Counted from the stretch's first letter, positions 1 through 8,095 are shown. The stretch is DNA of 64,000 nt from Anaerolineales bacterium (GCA_019637675.1 JAHBVE010000003.1:473568-537567), one strand, 5' to 3'. A program made the numbers and translations. Notes: generated from the sequence alone by a model not told the origin.

Positions 1-71
1 TGCTCGATCTCATAGCCGTGGCGCGGCGTTTCGGCCACAAGGCCGAGGATGGCCAGTTCTGCGTTTGTCAT
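1..71 (-). CDS. PadR-family transcriptional regulator, N-terminal fragment (gene runs off the window start)
   Basis: The reverse strand has ATG at 71..69 followed by MTNAELAILGLVAETPRHGYEIE, a typical PadR winged-helix N-terminus. Only 23 codons are visible. Confidence 0.55.
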   Translation of the reverse strand, partial: MTNAELAILGLVAETPRHGYEIE

Positions 72-93
72 AGTACTCTAGCAATAGAGTACT
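72..93. promoter_or_regulatory. Perfect inverted repeat AGTACTCTA-N4-TAGAGTACT, candidate PadR operator
   Basis: The 9-bp arms at 72-80 and 85-93 are exact reverse complements. The repeat sits directly next to the PadR start codon. Confidence 0.4.
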
Positions 94-121
94 CTACTAT
101 GAGGATAGAGTCAATGCTCCG

Positions 122-496
122 CTAGCGGTGCTGGTCAATGAGGATGGTGTTGCCGTCCGGGTCGACAACCACAAGATGGCCCGGGCCAGAGGGTTTGTCC
201 GGGTCGACTTCCGTTTGCAGCTCAAGGCCCTGGTCCTTCAAATGTTGCTGGATCTGGCGCACGTCGGTGAACTCGGCCACATCTTTGGCGTTTTGATCCC
301 AGCCGGGATTGAAGGTTATGAGATTGGCCTCGAACATGCCCTGGAAGAGGCCGATCAGCGTATCGCCGCTCTTCATGATGAGCCAATTGTCTTCCTGCTT
401 GCCGCCAAAGATGCGGAAGCCCAGTTTTTCGTAGAACTCTCGCGAAGCTTGAATGTCTTTGACTGCCAGGCTGATCGAAAATGCTCCAAGATCCAT
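122..496 (-). CDS. VOC/glyoxalase-bleomycin resistance family protein
   Basis: This is the C-terminal 124 aa of ORF 122..829, starting MDLGAFSISLAVKDIQASREFYEKLGF, a glyoxalase-fold signature. The upstream part of the ORF is Arg/Ser/Pro-rich and looks non-coding. ATG at 496..494. Confidence 0.8.
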   Translation of the reverse strand: MDLGAFSISLAVKDIQASREFYEKLGFRIFGGKQEDNWLIMKSGDTLIGLFQGMFEANLITFNPGWDQNAKDVAEFTDVRQIQQHLKDQGLELQTEVDPDKPSGPGHLVVVDPDGNTILIDQHR

Positions 497-563
497 AGCG
501 CCCTCCGGAATGGAATGATGGCGTGAGTATATAGCAAGCACCTGGCTGGCGTAGAATGGCGGG

Positions 564-1328
564 GTGGCACGCGAATCGCGAACCCAACGCGTGGAAGGCA
601 TTGTGCTCAAGCATGCTGATTTTGGCGAGGCCGACCGCCTGGTGACCCTGTTCACGCGCGAGGAAGGCAAGCTGCGCGCCATCGCCAAGGGGGCGCGCAA
701 GCCCGGCTCGCGCAAAGGCGGGCACTTGGAGCCGTTCACGCGGGTGAGCTTGCTGCTGGGCAAAGGCCGCGAGATCCCCATCGTGGAGCAGGCCGAGGCC
801 GTGGAGCTGAATGCGGCCCTGGGCAGCAACCTGGTGGCGTTGGGGTACGCCGCCTATGTGGTGGAGCTGATCGACAAGTTCAGCGCCGACCACGACGAGC
901 ACCGCGGCGTGTATCGCCTAACGCGTGACACCTTGCAACGCCTGGCCAGCGGCGAGGACTTGCAGTTGGCCGTGCGCTTTTTTGAGGTCAAGCTGCTGGA
1001 GCAAATGGGCTTTCGCCCGCAGCTGCAGCAGTGTGCCGCGTGCGGCGCCGAGATCCAGCCGGAGGACCAGTACTTCTCGTTCGAGCTGGGCGGGGCCGTG
1101 TGCCCACGTTGCGGGCGTCAGCGGGGGGGCGGCGCTGTACAGCGTATCAGCCTGGGGGCGCTGAAGGTGCTGCGCCACCTTCAGCGCAGCGACTATGCCA
1201 CGGCGCGGCGGGTGCAGCCAAGCCCGCCGGTGCAACTTGAACTAGAATCGCTGATGAACCTGTACGTCTCGTATTTACTTGAACGCAACCTCAATACGCC
1301 CAAGTTCCTGCGCCGCGTGCGCAAATGA
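564..1328 (+). CDS. recO: DNA repair protein RecO
   Basis: 254 aa with a GTG start. The N-terminal OB-fold motif (VEGIVLKHADFGEADRLVTLFTREEGKLRAIAKGARK) and the C-terminal zinc motif CxxC...CxxC (CAACGAE...CPRCG) are typical of RecO. Confidence 0.9.
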   Translation: MARESRTQRVEGIVLKHADFGEADRLVTLFTREEGKLRAIAKGARKPGSRKGGHLEPFTRVSLLLGKGREIPIVEQAEAVELNAALGSNLVALGYAAYVVELIDKFSADHDEHRGVYRLTRDTLQRLASGEDLQLAVRFFEVKLLEQMGFRPQLQQCAACGAEIQPEDQYFSFELGGAVCPRCGRQRGGGAVQRISLGALKVLRHLQRSDYATARRVQPSPPVQLELESLMNLYVSYLLERNLNTPKFLRRVRK

Positions 1329-1336
1329 GGAGCCCT

Positions 1337-1717
1337 ATGGAATTTACACATACCCGTTTGCTGGTGGATGACCCGGATGCCTGCTGCCGCTTCTATGCAG
1401 ACACGCTGGGGCTGGGCGAGCCTGAGGTCAAGGTCGAAGGGATCTACTATGAGTTCGCCGCAGGTCCGGCGCGCCTGGGCTTGTACAAGCGTGAGCTGAT
1501 GCAGAGCGTAGTGAGCGGGCAAACCGCGCCCAGCGGCGACCGAGTGGCGCTGACTTTCAACGTGGCCAATGTGGACGCAGCCTACGCCGAACTGAAAGGA
1601 CGCGGGGCAGCCTTCGTGACCGAGCCGCACAACCAGGATGCCTGGGTGCTGCGCGTGGCGCACTTGCGTGACCCCGAGGGCAACCTGATCGAGCTCAACG
1701 CGTCGCTGAGCAGTTAG
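1337..1717 (+). CDS. VOC/glyoxalase family protein
   Basis: MEFTHTRLLVDDPDACCRFYADTLGL ... LRDPEGNLIEL is a glyoxalase-fold pattern. GAGGAG at 1327-1332 lies 4 nt before ATG 1337. An alternative ATG at 1325 overlaps the recO stop. Confidence 0.8.
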   Translation: MEFTHTRLLVDDPDACCRFYADTLGLGEPEVKVEGIYYEFAAGPARLGLYKRELMQSVVSGQTAPSGDRVALTFNVANVDAAYAELKGRGAAFVTEPHNQDAWVLRVAHLRDPEGNLIELNASLSS

Positions 1718-1723
1718 GCCTCC

Positions 1724-2482
1724 ATGCGACGCACACTTATCACTGCATTCTTGTTCGCTGTGGCGATGGCCGGCTTGTTCAGCCTGCTGCGCGAACTGTT
1801 CCAGACCGACACCTTCTTCCCGGAGGCCAGCGCGCTGAGCGGCTTCCTGACCGTGTTCGGCTCGCTGTACAGCATCCTGACCGCGTTCGTGATCCTGGAA
1901 GTGTGGAAGCAGTACAACAATATTGCTGAACTGATCGATCAGGAAGCCCAGGGTCTGGAGCAGATGCACGGGCTGACGGTGTACTTTCGGGATGACAAGC
2001 TGACCGCGGCGATGAAAGAGGCCATCAAGGAATATGCTTCGTTGATCATCGAGGGCCAGTTCCGTAAGCTGGGTGGGCGTGACCGCACCACGCGCAGCAA
2101 CAAGGCCTTCGAGCGCATTGCCGAGATCCTCAGCCATGTGCATTTCAATGATGACCACGATTCGGTCGTGTTCAACCAGGTGCTCGAACACTATCGCCAG
2201 ATGGCGCGCACGCGTACTGAGCGTATCAACAAGAGCGTGCGCCGCCTGCCGCTGCTGCTGAAGTCGTTTATCTACATTGCATCGTTCTTTACGCTGGTCA
2301 CCTTTTCCTTTATGCCGTTCTCAACTTCCCAATATGGCGCGCTGGCGATGCTGGTGATCAGTTTCCAGCAGATCATGATCTTCTTTATCATCGAGGGCTT
2401 GGATAACCCTTTTGTGGGTCACTGGCGGCTGACGCCGGAGCCGTTCGAGCGTTTGCTGCGCTATTTGGAAGGTGTCGAGTAA
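1724..2482 (+). CDS. DUF4239-like membrane protein
   Basis: 252 aa with an N-terminal TM pair, a central soluble helical region and a C-terminal TM pair. The layout and sequence resemble DUF4239 as I recall the family. Confidence 0.55.
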   Translation: MRRTLITAFLFAVAMAGLFSLLRELFQTDTFFPEASALSGFLTVFGSLYSILTAFVILEVWKQYNNIAELIDQEAQGLEQMHGLTVYFRDDKLTAAMKEAIKEYASLIIEGQFRKLGGRDRTTRSNKAFERIAEILSHVHFNDDHDSVVFNQVLEHYRQMARTRTERINKSVRRLPLLLKSFIYIASFFTLVTFSFMPFSTSQYGALAMLVISFQQIMIFFIIEGLDNPFVGHWRLTPEPFERLLRYLEGVE

Positions 2483-2507
2483 CGAATAGTTACTCGCTCG
2501 GAATGAC
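2476..2507. repeat. REP-like hairpin fragment (CGAGTAAC-N5-GTTACTCG followed by CTCGGAATGAC)
   Basis: An 8-bp perfect stem spans the stop codon of the preceding gene. It shares the 11-mer CGAGTAACGAA with 34413-34423. It also shares the 11-mer GTCATTCCGAG with 8341-8351, here as the reverse complement. Confidence 0.45.
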
Positions 2508-2518
2508 AGATGGACAAA

Positions 2519-2547
2519 AAGAGGCGTGGATGAAATCCACGCCTCTT
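2519..2547. terminator. Bidirectional intrinsic terminator between convergent genes
   Basis: A 13-bp perfect stem AAGAGGCGTGGAT/ATCCACGCCTCTT with loop GAA. It has an A-run upstream and a T-rich tract downstream. Confidence 0.7.
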
Positions 2548-2570
2548 GATTTTGCGGGGCTAGCCGGCAG

Positions 2571-4502
2571 CTAACTGCTGCTGGCAGTTAGCTGGCCTGT
2601 GCTCTCCAGCGCGTGGCGGAACTGGGTTTCGTACAGCTCCGCATAGAGGCCGTCGAGCGCCAGCAGCTCCTTGTGCGTGCCCTGCTCCACCAGCTTGCCG
2701 GCCTGCAGCACCAGAATGATGTCGGCGGCCAGGATGGTGGAGAGGCGGTGGGCGATGACCAGCGAGGTGCGGCCCTTCATCAGCGGCAGCAAGGCGGCCT
2801 GGATCAACGCCTCGGACTGCGAGTCGAGCGAGGAGGTCGCCTCGTCGAGGATCAGGATGCGCGGGTCTTTGAGCACCACGCGGGCGATGGACAGGCGCTG
2901 CTTCTCGCCGCCGCTCATGCGGTAGCCGCGCTCGCCGACCAGGGTGTCGTAGCCCTGCGGCAGCGCCGCGATCATGTCGTGGATGTTGGCGGCCTTGGCG
3001 GCGGCTTCCATCTCGGCCTGGGTGGCGTCTGGCTTGGCGTACAGCAGGTTGGCGCGCACCGTGTCGTGGAACAGGTAGCTCTCCTGCGTCACCATGCCGA
3101 TCTGCTCGGCCAGGCTGACCTGCGTAAGATCGCGCAGGTCGTGCCCGTCGAGCAGGATGCGGCCGTGGGTCGGGTCATACAGGCGCGGCAGCAGGTAGGT
3201 GGCGGTGGTCTTGCCCGAGCCGCTGGGACCGACGAGGGCGGCCAGCTGGCCGGGCTTGATCTCGAAACTCACATCTTCCAGCGCGTAGCGGCGGGTGGGC
3301 ACGATCTGCTGCACCTCGTCCTGCTCACCGGGGCGCGGCGGCGCTTTGAGCAGCGGCTCTTCATTCTCTTCGACGTAGCTGAAGGACACGTTCTCGAACT
3401 GGATGTGGCCCTCGGCACGGGTGAGGCGTTTGGCGTTGGGCTTGTCCTGGATATCGACGGGCAGGTCGAGAAATTCGAAAACGCGTTCGAAACTGACCAT
3501 CGAGGTGGCGAACTCGACCTGGATGTTGGAGAGCGCTGAGATGGGGCCGTACAGGCTGAAGATATAGGCCACGAAGGCGACGATGCTGCCGGAGGTGATG
3601 GAGCCTTGCAGCACAAAGTAGCCGCCGCCCCAGAAGATCAGCACCATGCCGATCGACCCGGCCAGCTCGAGCCACAGTGAGAACCAGCGGGCGATCATGG
3701 CGCGGCGCAAGCCGATATCGCGCACGTTCTGGTTGACCTCGCGGTAGCGCTCGCGCTCCTGCGGCTGGCGGCCGAAGGTCTTGGCCAGCAGCGCGCCGCT
3801 GATGCTGAGCGTCTCGCCCACGATCACCGACATGTCGGCGTTGTAGTTCATCGCCTGGCGGCGCACATCCCGCAGGACGCGGCCGACCCGGCGGGCGGGC
3901 AGCATGAAGAGCGGCACGACCGCCAGCGCCATCAGGGTCAGGCGCCACTCGATGGCGAGCATGATGCCCAGCGTGCTGAGCAGGCGTACCGCATTGGTAA
4001 GGATGCTGGGCACGGTGCTGGTGATGGCGTTCTGCGCGCCAACCACATCCTCTTCGAAGCGCGAGATGATGAGGCCGGATTTGGTGCGCGTGAAAAAGTG
4101 CAAGCCCATGCGCTGCAGGTGCTCGTACATGGTCTGGCGCAGGTCGTAGATGATGCCTTCGCCGATGCTGGCGTTGAGGTAACGCTGGCCCACGCCGATC
4201 AGCCCGCTGATGAAGGGCACCGCCAGCATGAGCAGGCCCAATATCATCAGACGCTGATAGTCCTGATTGGGCAGCACGTTATCGAACAGGTCGCGATAAA
4301 GCAGCGGCGGCAGCAGGTCCACTGCGGATGTGATGACGATGGCGACCAGCATGAGCGCCAGGCGGCCCAGGTATGGCTGGGCGTATTGCCAGACGCGGCG
4401 CAGCAGCTCGCGATCGATCGGGGCGTTGGCGGCCTGCTCGTCGTAGGAGAGGAAGGTGCGCCAGCCGCGGCCGCCGCCCCCGCCTCCACCACCGCCGCGC
4501 AT
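2571..4502 (-). CDS. ABC transporter, fused permease/ATP-binding exporter (MsbA/multidrug type)
   Basis: 643 aa with six N-terminal TM segments. Walker A GPSGSGKTT, signature LSGGEKQRLSIAR and Walker B ILILDEATS are present. The N-terminus is MRGGGGGGGGGRGW. Confidence 0.9.
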   Translation of the reverse strand: MRGGGGGGGGGRGWRTFLSYDEQAANAPIDRELLRRVWQYAQPYLGRLALMLVAIVITSAVDLLPPLLYRDLFDNVLPNQDYQRLMILGLLMLAVPFISGLIGVGQRYLNASIGEGIIYDLRQTMYEHLQRMGLHFFTRTKSGLIISRFEEDVVGAQNAITSTVPSILTNAVRLLSTLGIMLAIEWRLTLMALAVVPLFMLPARRVGRVLRDVRRQAMNYNADMSVIVGETLSISGALLAKTFGRQPQERERYREVNQNVRDIGLRRAMIARWFSLWLELAGSIGMVLIFWGGGYFVLQGSITSGSIVAFVAYIFSLYGPISALSNIQVEFATSMVSFERVFEFLDLPVDIQDKPNAKRLTRAEGHIQFENVSFSYVEENEEPLLKAPPRPGEQDEVQQIVPTRRYALEDVSFEIKPGQLAALVGPSGSGKTTATYLLPRLYDPTHGRILLDGHDLRDLTQVSLAEQIGMVTQESYLFHDTVRANLLYAKPDATQAEMEAAAKAANIHDMIAALPQGYDTLVGERGYRMSGGEKQRLSIARVVLKDPRILILDEATSSLDSQSEALIQAALLPLMKGRTSLVIAHRLSTILAADIILVLQAGKLVEQGTHKELLALDGLYAELYETQFRHALESTGQLTASSS

Positions 4503-4846
4503 TAGGCGGCCTCCGGGTGCAGCACCACCATCGGGATGGTGCGCTGGGTCTTACGCTGAAAGCCCTCGTAGTGGGAGTTGAGCTGGTTCAGCTCCTCCCA
4601 TAGCGTGGCGCGCAACTTCGGCCCGGCGATCTTGGCGGTGGCGTTGTAGCTGTCCTTGCCGATCTTGACCTGCACGGCCGGGTTGGCTTTGAGATTGAGG
4701 AACCACTGGGGGTGCTCATCTTTGCCGCCGTAGGAGGCAATGATGACCGGCTTTTCTTTGTGGAAGAAACAATACAGCTCGACCCAGTGGGGTTTGCCGG
4801 TGACCCGGCCAACAGTTGTGAGGTGAATGATCTTCATCCCGCGCAT
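4502..4846 (-). CDS. DUF385 / deazaflavin(F420)-dependent nitroreductase family protein
   Basis: 114 aa, MRGMKIIHLTTVGRVTGKPHWVELYCFF...HPQWFLNLKANPAVQVKIG...IPMVVLHP, which matches the DUF385 family pattern. Its stop overlaps the ABC exporter ATG by 1 nt (TAATG). Confidence 0.7.
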   Translation of the reverse strand: MRGMKIIHLTTVGRVTGKPHWVELYCFFHKEKPVIIASYGGKDEHPQWFLNLKANPAVQVKIGKDSYNATAKIAGPKLRATLWEELNQLNSHYEGFQRKTQRTIPMVVLHPEAA

Positions 4847-4857
4847 AGGGTTCAATT

Positions 4858-5535
4858 CTATAGCACCAGCAAGCCCAGGCGGGCTGCACGGCGCACGGCC
4901 TCCGTTCGGTTGGTGACGCCCAGCTTGGCGTAGATGGCAGAGCTGTGGAACTTGACGGTGTGCTCGCTGATGCCCAGCTGCAGCGCGATCTGCTTGTTGG
5001 CCAGTCCCTCGGCCAGCAGCTGGAGCACATCCAGCTCGCGCTCGGTCAAGTCTTCGGCGGGCGCTTCGTCCGGGTTGGGCGCAGGCGCCAGCGCGGCCGG
5101 CAGCAGCGCTGGCGTGGTGGTGATGAGCCCGGCCGCCAGCGCGTTGATGGCGGCGGCCAGCTCGTCCTCGCTGCAATCAGGCGGCAGCCAGCCCCAGGCG
5201 CGGGCCGCCAGCCGGGGCAGCCCGCGGGCGGCCTCCGGCTGCTCGCTGAGCAGCAAGACCGCCGGTGGAAACTCGGCGTCTGCCAGAGCCTGAGAAAGCT
5301 CAGGCTCTGGCAGTTCATCGGCGGCGATCAGCAGCACATCAATGCTCTCGGTCGCTTCGTCGAGGATGCTGGGCAGGCTGGCGGCTTCGGCAGCGATGCC
5401 GATGTGCGCCTGGCCGCCAAGCAACGCCCGCAGGCCGCTGCGCAGTGCGGGCGCAGCGGCCAGGATGGCGATGTACAGCGTGGGCTCGGACTGCCGAGCT
5501 ATCGGCGCCCCCAGCCGCGCATACGGCGGCCCCAC
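4858..5535 (-). CDS. LuxR/NarL-type DNA-binding regulator with a degenerate receiver-like N-domain
   Basis: The C-terminal HTH is LTERELDVLQLLAEGLANKQIALQLGISEHTVKFHSSAIYAKLGV. The N-domain has a receiver-like beta-alpha pattern. The start is uncertain: GTG at 5535 overlaps the htrA end. Confidence 0.75.
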   Translation of the reverse strand: MGPPYARLGAPIARQSEPTLYIAILAAAPALRSGLRALLGGQAHIGIAAEAASLPSILDEATESIDVLLIAADELPEPELSQALADAEFPPAVLLLSEQPEAARGLPRLAARAWGWLPPDCSEDELAAAINALAAGLITTTPALLPAALAPAPNPDEAPAEDLTERELDVLQLLAEGLANKQIALQLGISEHTVKFHSSAIYAKLGVTNRTEAVRRAARLGLLVL

Positions 5536-6521
5536 GCGATGTGGTGCATGCCGTGGCGACCGAACGGGCGCCGACCGAACGGGCGCTTGCCGCCGCGTCC
5601 ATGGCGGCCCCAGCCGGGGCGGCCGCGGTGCGGGGCTTCGGCGCGCTCGCTCAGGGTGACCTGGGCGCCTTGCGGTTTCCCGCCGCGCAGGTACTTCAGC
5701 GCGGTGGGCGTGCCGACCACGCCACTGTTGAGCTGCACCATCAGATCATCATGGTCACGCACGGGCTGGCCGGCGAAACCGATGATGATGTCGCCGACCA
5801 TCAGGCCGGCGGCCGCGGCCGGGCTCTCCGGCTCGATGCCGGCCACCAGCAGGCCGGAGGCTTGCTCGCCCGGGACTTCAACCCATTGGCTGCGCACGCC
5901 CAGGTAGCCGCGCTTGATGCCGCCGTGCTGCTGGATGGACTTGGCGATCTTCCAGGCTTGCTTGGCCGGGATGGCCAGCAGGCTGCCCCAGCCGAGGCCG
6001 GAGGTGTTGATGCCGAGCACGCGGCCATCCGCATCCACCAGCGGGCCGCCGGAGAAGCCCGGGTAGGCCGTAGCGTCTGTGCGCAGGTAGCTCTCGATCA
6101 GGCCGCCGCCGTGGGTGCGCAGCGGGCCACCGATGGCGCTGAGGATGCCAAGGCTGGCTTCCACGTTGCTGCCGGGGCGGCCGAGCGCCAGGGCCACCTG
6201 GCCCACCTGCGGCTGCTCGTTGACTTCGGCCGGCGTGCCGACCGCGTCCACCAGCTTGAGCACGGCGAGATCACTGTTGGGGTCACGCCCCAGCAGCTCG
6301 GCGCCCAGGGTCGTGCCGTCAGCCAGGGTGACCTGGATGTCGGCTTCCTCGCGCACGGTGTGGCTGGCGGTGAGCACCAGCCCGGCTTCGATCACCACGC
6401 CGGTGGAGGGCATGCGGCGGCGGGCATGCACCGTAACGATGGATGCATTGGCCGCCTGCGTGGCCTGGACCAGCGAGTTGGAGAAAGCCGTAAGGCTTTG
6501 GTTGTTGTTTGCGTCTTTCAT
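5499..6521 (-). CDS. HtrA/DegP-family (S1C) serine protease with a PDZ domain and a cationic C-terminal tail
   Basis: Triad contexts TASH, DLAVLKL and GFSGGPL are present, with a PDZ segment GLLVAGIEPESPAAAAGLMVGDIIIG. AGGAG lies 5 nt upstream of ATG 6521. Confidence 0.85.
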   Translation of the reverse strand: MKDANNNQSLTAFSNSLVQATQAANASIVTVHARRRMPSTGVVIEAGLVLTASHTVREEADIQVTLADGTTLGAELLGRDPNSDLAVLKLVDAVGTPAEVNEQPQVGQVALALGRPGSNVEASLGILSAIGGPLRTHGGGLIESYLRTDATAYPGFSGGPLVDADGRVLGINTSGLGWGSLLAIPAKQAWKIAKSIQQHGGIKRGYLGVRSQWVEVPGEQASGLLVAGIEPESPAAAAGLMVGDIIIGFAGQPVRDHDDLMVQLNSGVVGTPTALKYLRGGKPQGAQVTLSERAEAPHRGRPGWGRHGRGGKRPFGRRPFGRHGMHHIAWGRRMRGWGRR

Positions 6522-6691
6522 AAGACTCCTTTCATGATAGCGGAACATTGATAAAGGCTGCCAGCCAACCGGTATAGCTGACAAACGGGTTGTGTTCCTG
6601 CAATGTAGAGTCTATAGAATTCGGCTGCCGGCCACATCCGCCGTTCGGGTAGGTGCGGACTAGACGAGCGAGCAGGCTGATTTTTTGCGCA

Positions 6692-6700
6692 TGTTAGAAT
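6692..6700 (+). promoter_or_regulatory. Candidate extended -10 element (TGTTAGAAT) upstream of the slyD-like gene
   Basis: A TGn+TAGAAT motif lies about 50 nt upstream of ATG 6751. No good -35 is present. Confidence 0.25.
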
Positions 6701-6750
6701 CAAAATCATAGTCGGGCGTCTATCCGGCTGTTTATACAAAGGAGACATAT

Positions 6751-7248
6751 ATGAGCGACCCGACTGTTGTAGCCAAAGACGTTGTCGTAAGCCTGGCTTA
6801 CAAACTGACCGTGGACGGTGAAGTGCTGGACGAAGCCGGCAAGGATGATGCCATCCAATTCCTGCACGGCCACCGCAACATCATCCCCGGCCTGGAGAAT
6901 GAGCTGACCGGCCTGAAGCTGGGCGACAGCAAAAAAGTGAGCGTCAAGCCCGAGGATGGATACGGCTTGACCGACAGCGAAGAGATCGAAGAGATCTCGC
7001 TGGAGGATTTCCCTGAAGGCATCGTGCCGGAGATCGGCATGGAGCTGGAAGTGAAGGACGAAGACGGCAATGATCTGTATGGCCGCGTGCTGGCGATCAC
7101 CGAAGACACCGTCACGATGGATTTCAATCACCCGCTGGCCGGCAAGACCCTGGACTTTGAAGTCACCGTGGTCGGCTTGCGCAATGCCACCGGGGAAGAG
7201 CTTTCCCACGGGCATGTGCACGGCCCGGATGGCCATCACCATCACTAA
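6751..7248 (+). CDS. slyD: FKBP-type peptidyl-prolyl cis-trans isomerase, SlyD-like, with a His-rich tail
   Basis: 165 aa. VVSLAYKLTVDGEVLDE...FLHGHRNIIPGLENEL...MDFNHPLAGKTLDFEVTVV is a SlyD pattern. The C-terminus is HGHVHGPDGHHHH. AGGAG RBS. Confidence 0.85.
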   Translation: MSDPTVVAKDVVVSLAYKLTVDGEVLDEAGKDDAIQFLHGHRNIIPGLENELTGLKLGDSKKVSVKPEDGYGLTDSEEIEEISLEDFPEGIVPEIGMELEVKDEDGNDLYGRVLAITEDTVTMDFNHPLAGKTLDFEVTVVGLRNATGEELSHGHVHGPDGHHHH

Positions 7249-7286
7249 AGTGAAGCGTGAGCAGTAAACAGTAATCAGGACAAAAT

Positions 7287-7315
7287 AAAAAGACCCCGCA
7301 ACGGGGTCTTTTTTG
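7287..7315. terminator. Bidirectional intrinsic terminator
   Basis: AAAAAGACCCCG-CAA-CGGGGTCTTTTT, with an A-run and a T-run on either side, between convergent genes. Confidence 0.75.
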
Positions 7316-8095
7316 TTAGGGTGCGGCGACGCAGGCGGGGATCAGGCTGCCAAAGACATCACACCACAGGAAATTGGCGTCTACGTACCAAAGGAAAGCG
7401 GTGGTGGCACACGCGCCCACCAGCAGCAGGCCCAGGCAGCCCAGGATCATGTTGTTGCTGAGGCGCAACCCTTTGCGGCGCGGGCGGCGTGTGCTGGGCG
7501 CGGCCGCCGGTGGCTCGTCGGCGGCATCGTATTGCAGCGGGTCAACAAAGTTGCGCGCGGCGGCCATGCGCACGGCGATGGGCTCGTCCGGCCGCGAAGG
7601 CGGCGGCAGCGGCGGCTGGCTGGCGGGTTGTGCAGGCCGGGCGGCCGGCTGGGCCGCCGGTGGCGCGGTGCGCCGCTCCGGTGCGGGGGCTGCCGGGCGT
7701 TCCTCGAGGTGAGGCAGGCTGGCGGTGGGCGGCGGGGGGACGACGCTGCGGCGCTGGGGTGCGGCGCTGGGCGGCGTGGTTTCGAGGGAGTTGAGGTCCA
7801 ACTCGTAACGCAGGGTGACGATCTCACCGAGGCGGATCTCGTCGCCTGGGCGCAGGACGGTGATGGTGCGCACCCGCTCGCCGTTGACGAAGGTGCCGTT
7901 GGTGGAGCCGAGGTCCTCGAGCACGAAGCCGCCGCTCTGGGCGATGAGGCGGGCGTGGCGGCGCGAGACTTCGATGTCCTGAATGTGCAGGTCGCTGCCC
8001 GGGTCACGGCCAATAATGAAGCTGTCCTTGGCCAGGCCGGTGCGCTGGCCGGGGTTGGGGCCAGCCTGGATGACGAGACTGAAATTTGTTGCCAT
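7316..8095 (-). CDS. FHA domain protein with a Pro-rich linker and a C-terminal Cys-containing TM anchor
   Basis: The N-terminal FHA signature is FIIGRDPGSDLHIQDIEVSRRHARL...GSTNGTFVNGERV. A roughly 100-aa Pro/Ala-rich region follows, then a hydrophobic C-terminus. Confidence 0.8.
   Translation of the reverse strand: MATNFSLVIQAGPNPGQRTGLAKDSFIIGRDPGSDLHIQDIEVSRRHARLIAQSGGFVLEDLGSTNGTFVNGERVRTITVLRPGDEIRLGEIVTLRYELDLNSLETTPPSAAPQRRSVVPPPPTASLPHLEERPAAPAPERRTAPPAAQPAARPAQPASQPPLPPPSRPDEPIAVRMAAARNFVDPLQYDAADEPPAAAPSTRRPRRKGLRLSNNMILGCLGLLLVGACATTAFLWYVDANFLWCDVFGSLIPACVAAP

Noticed and set aside
122-829. Long N-terminal extensions of several track ORFs: 122-829, 4502-5176, 10722-12602, 12119-13147, 13932-15341, 19286-19975, 39011-39769, 39621-40493 and 46839-47690.
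   Set aside because: The extensions are Arg/Pro/Ala-rich, overlap neighbouring genes, and precede internal starts that have an SD sequence and match the expected family N-termini. The features were trimmed to those internal starts.
4470-4502. The Gly9 run at the ABC exporter N-terminus (MRGGGGGGGGGRGW) as a slippage-prone or phase-variable tract.
   Set aside because: The codons are mixed (GGC GGT GGT GGA GGC GGG GGC GGC GGC), so it is not a homopolymer or simple repeat. Gly-rich N-termini are common in this exporter class as I recall.
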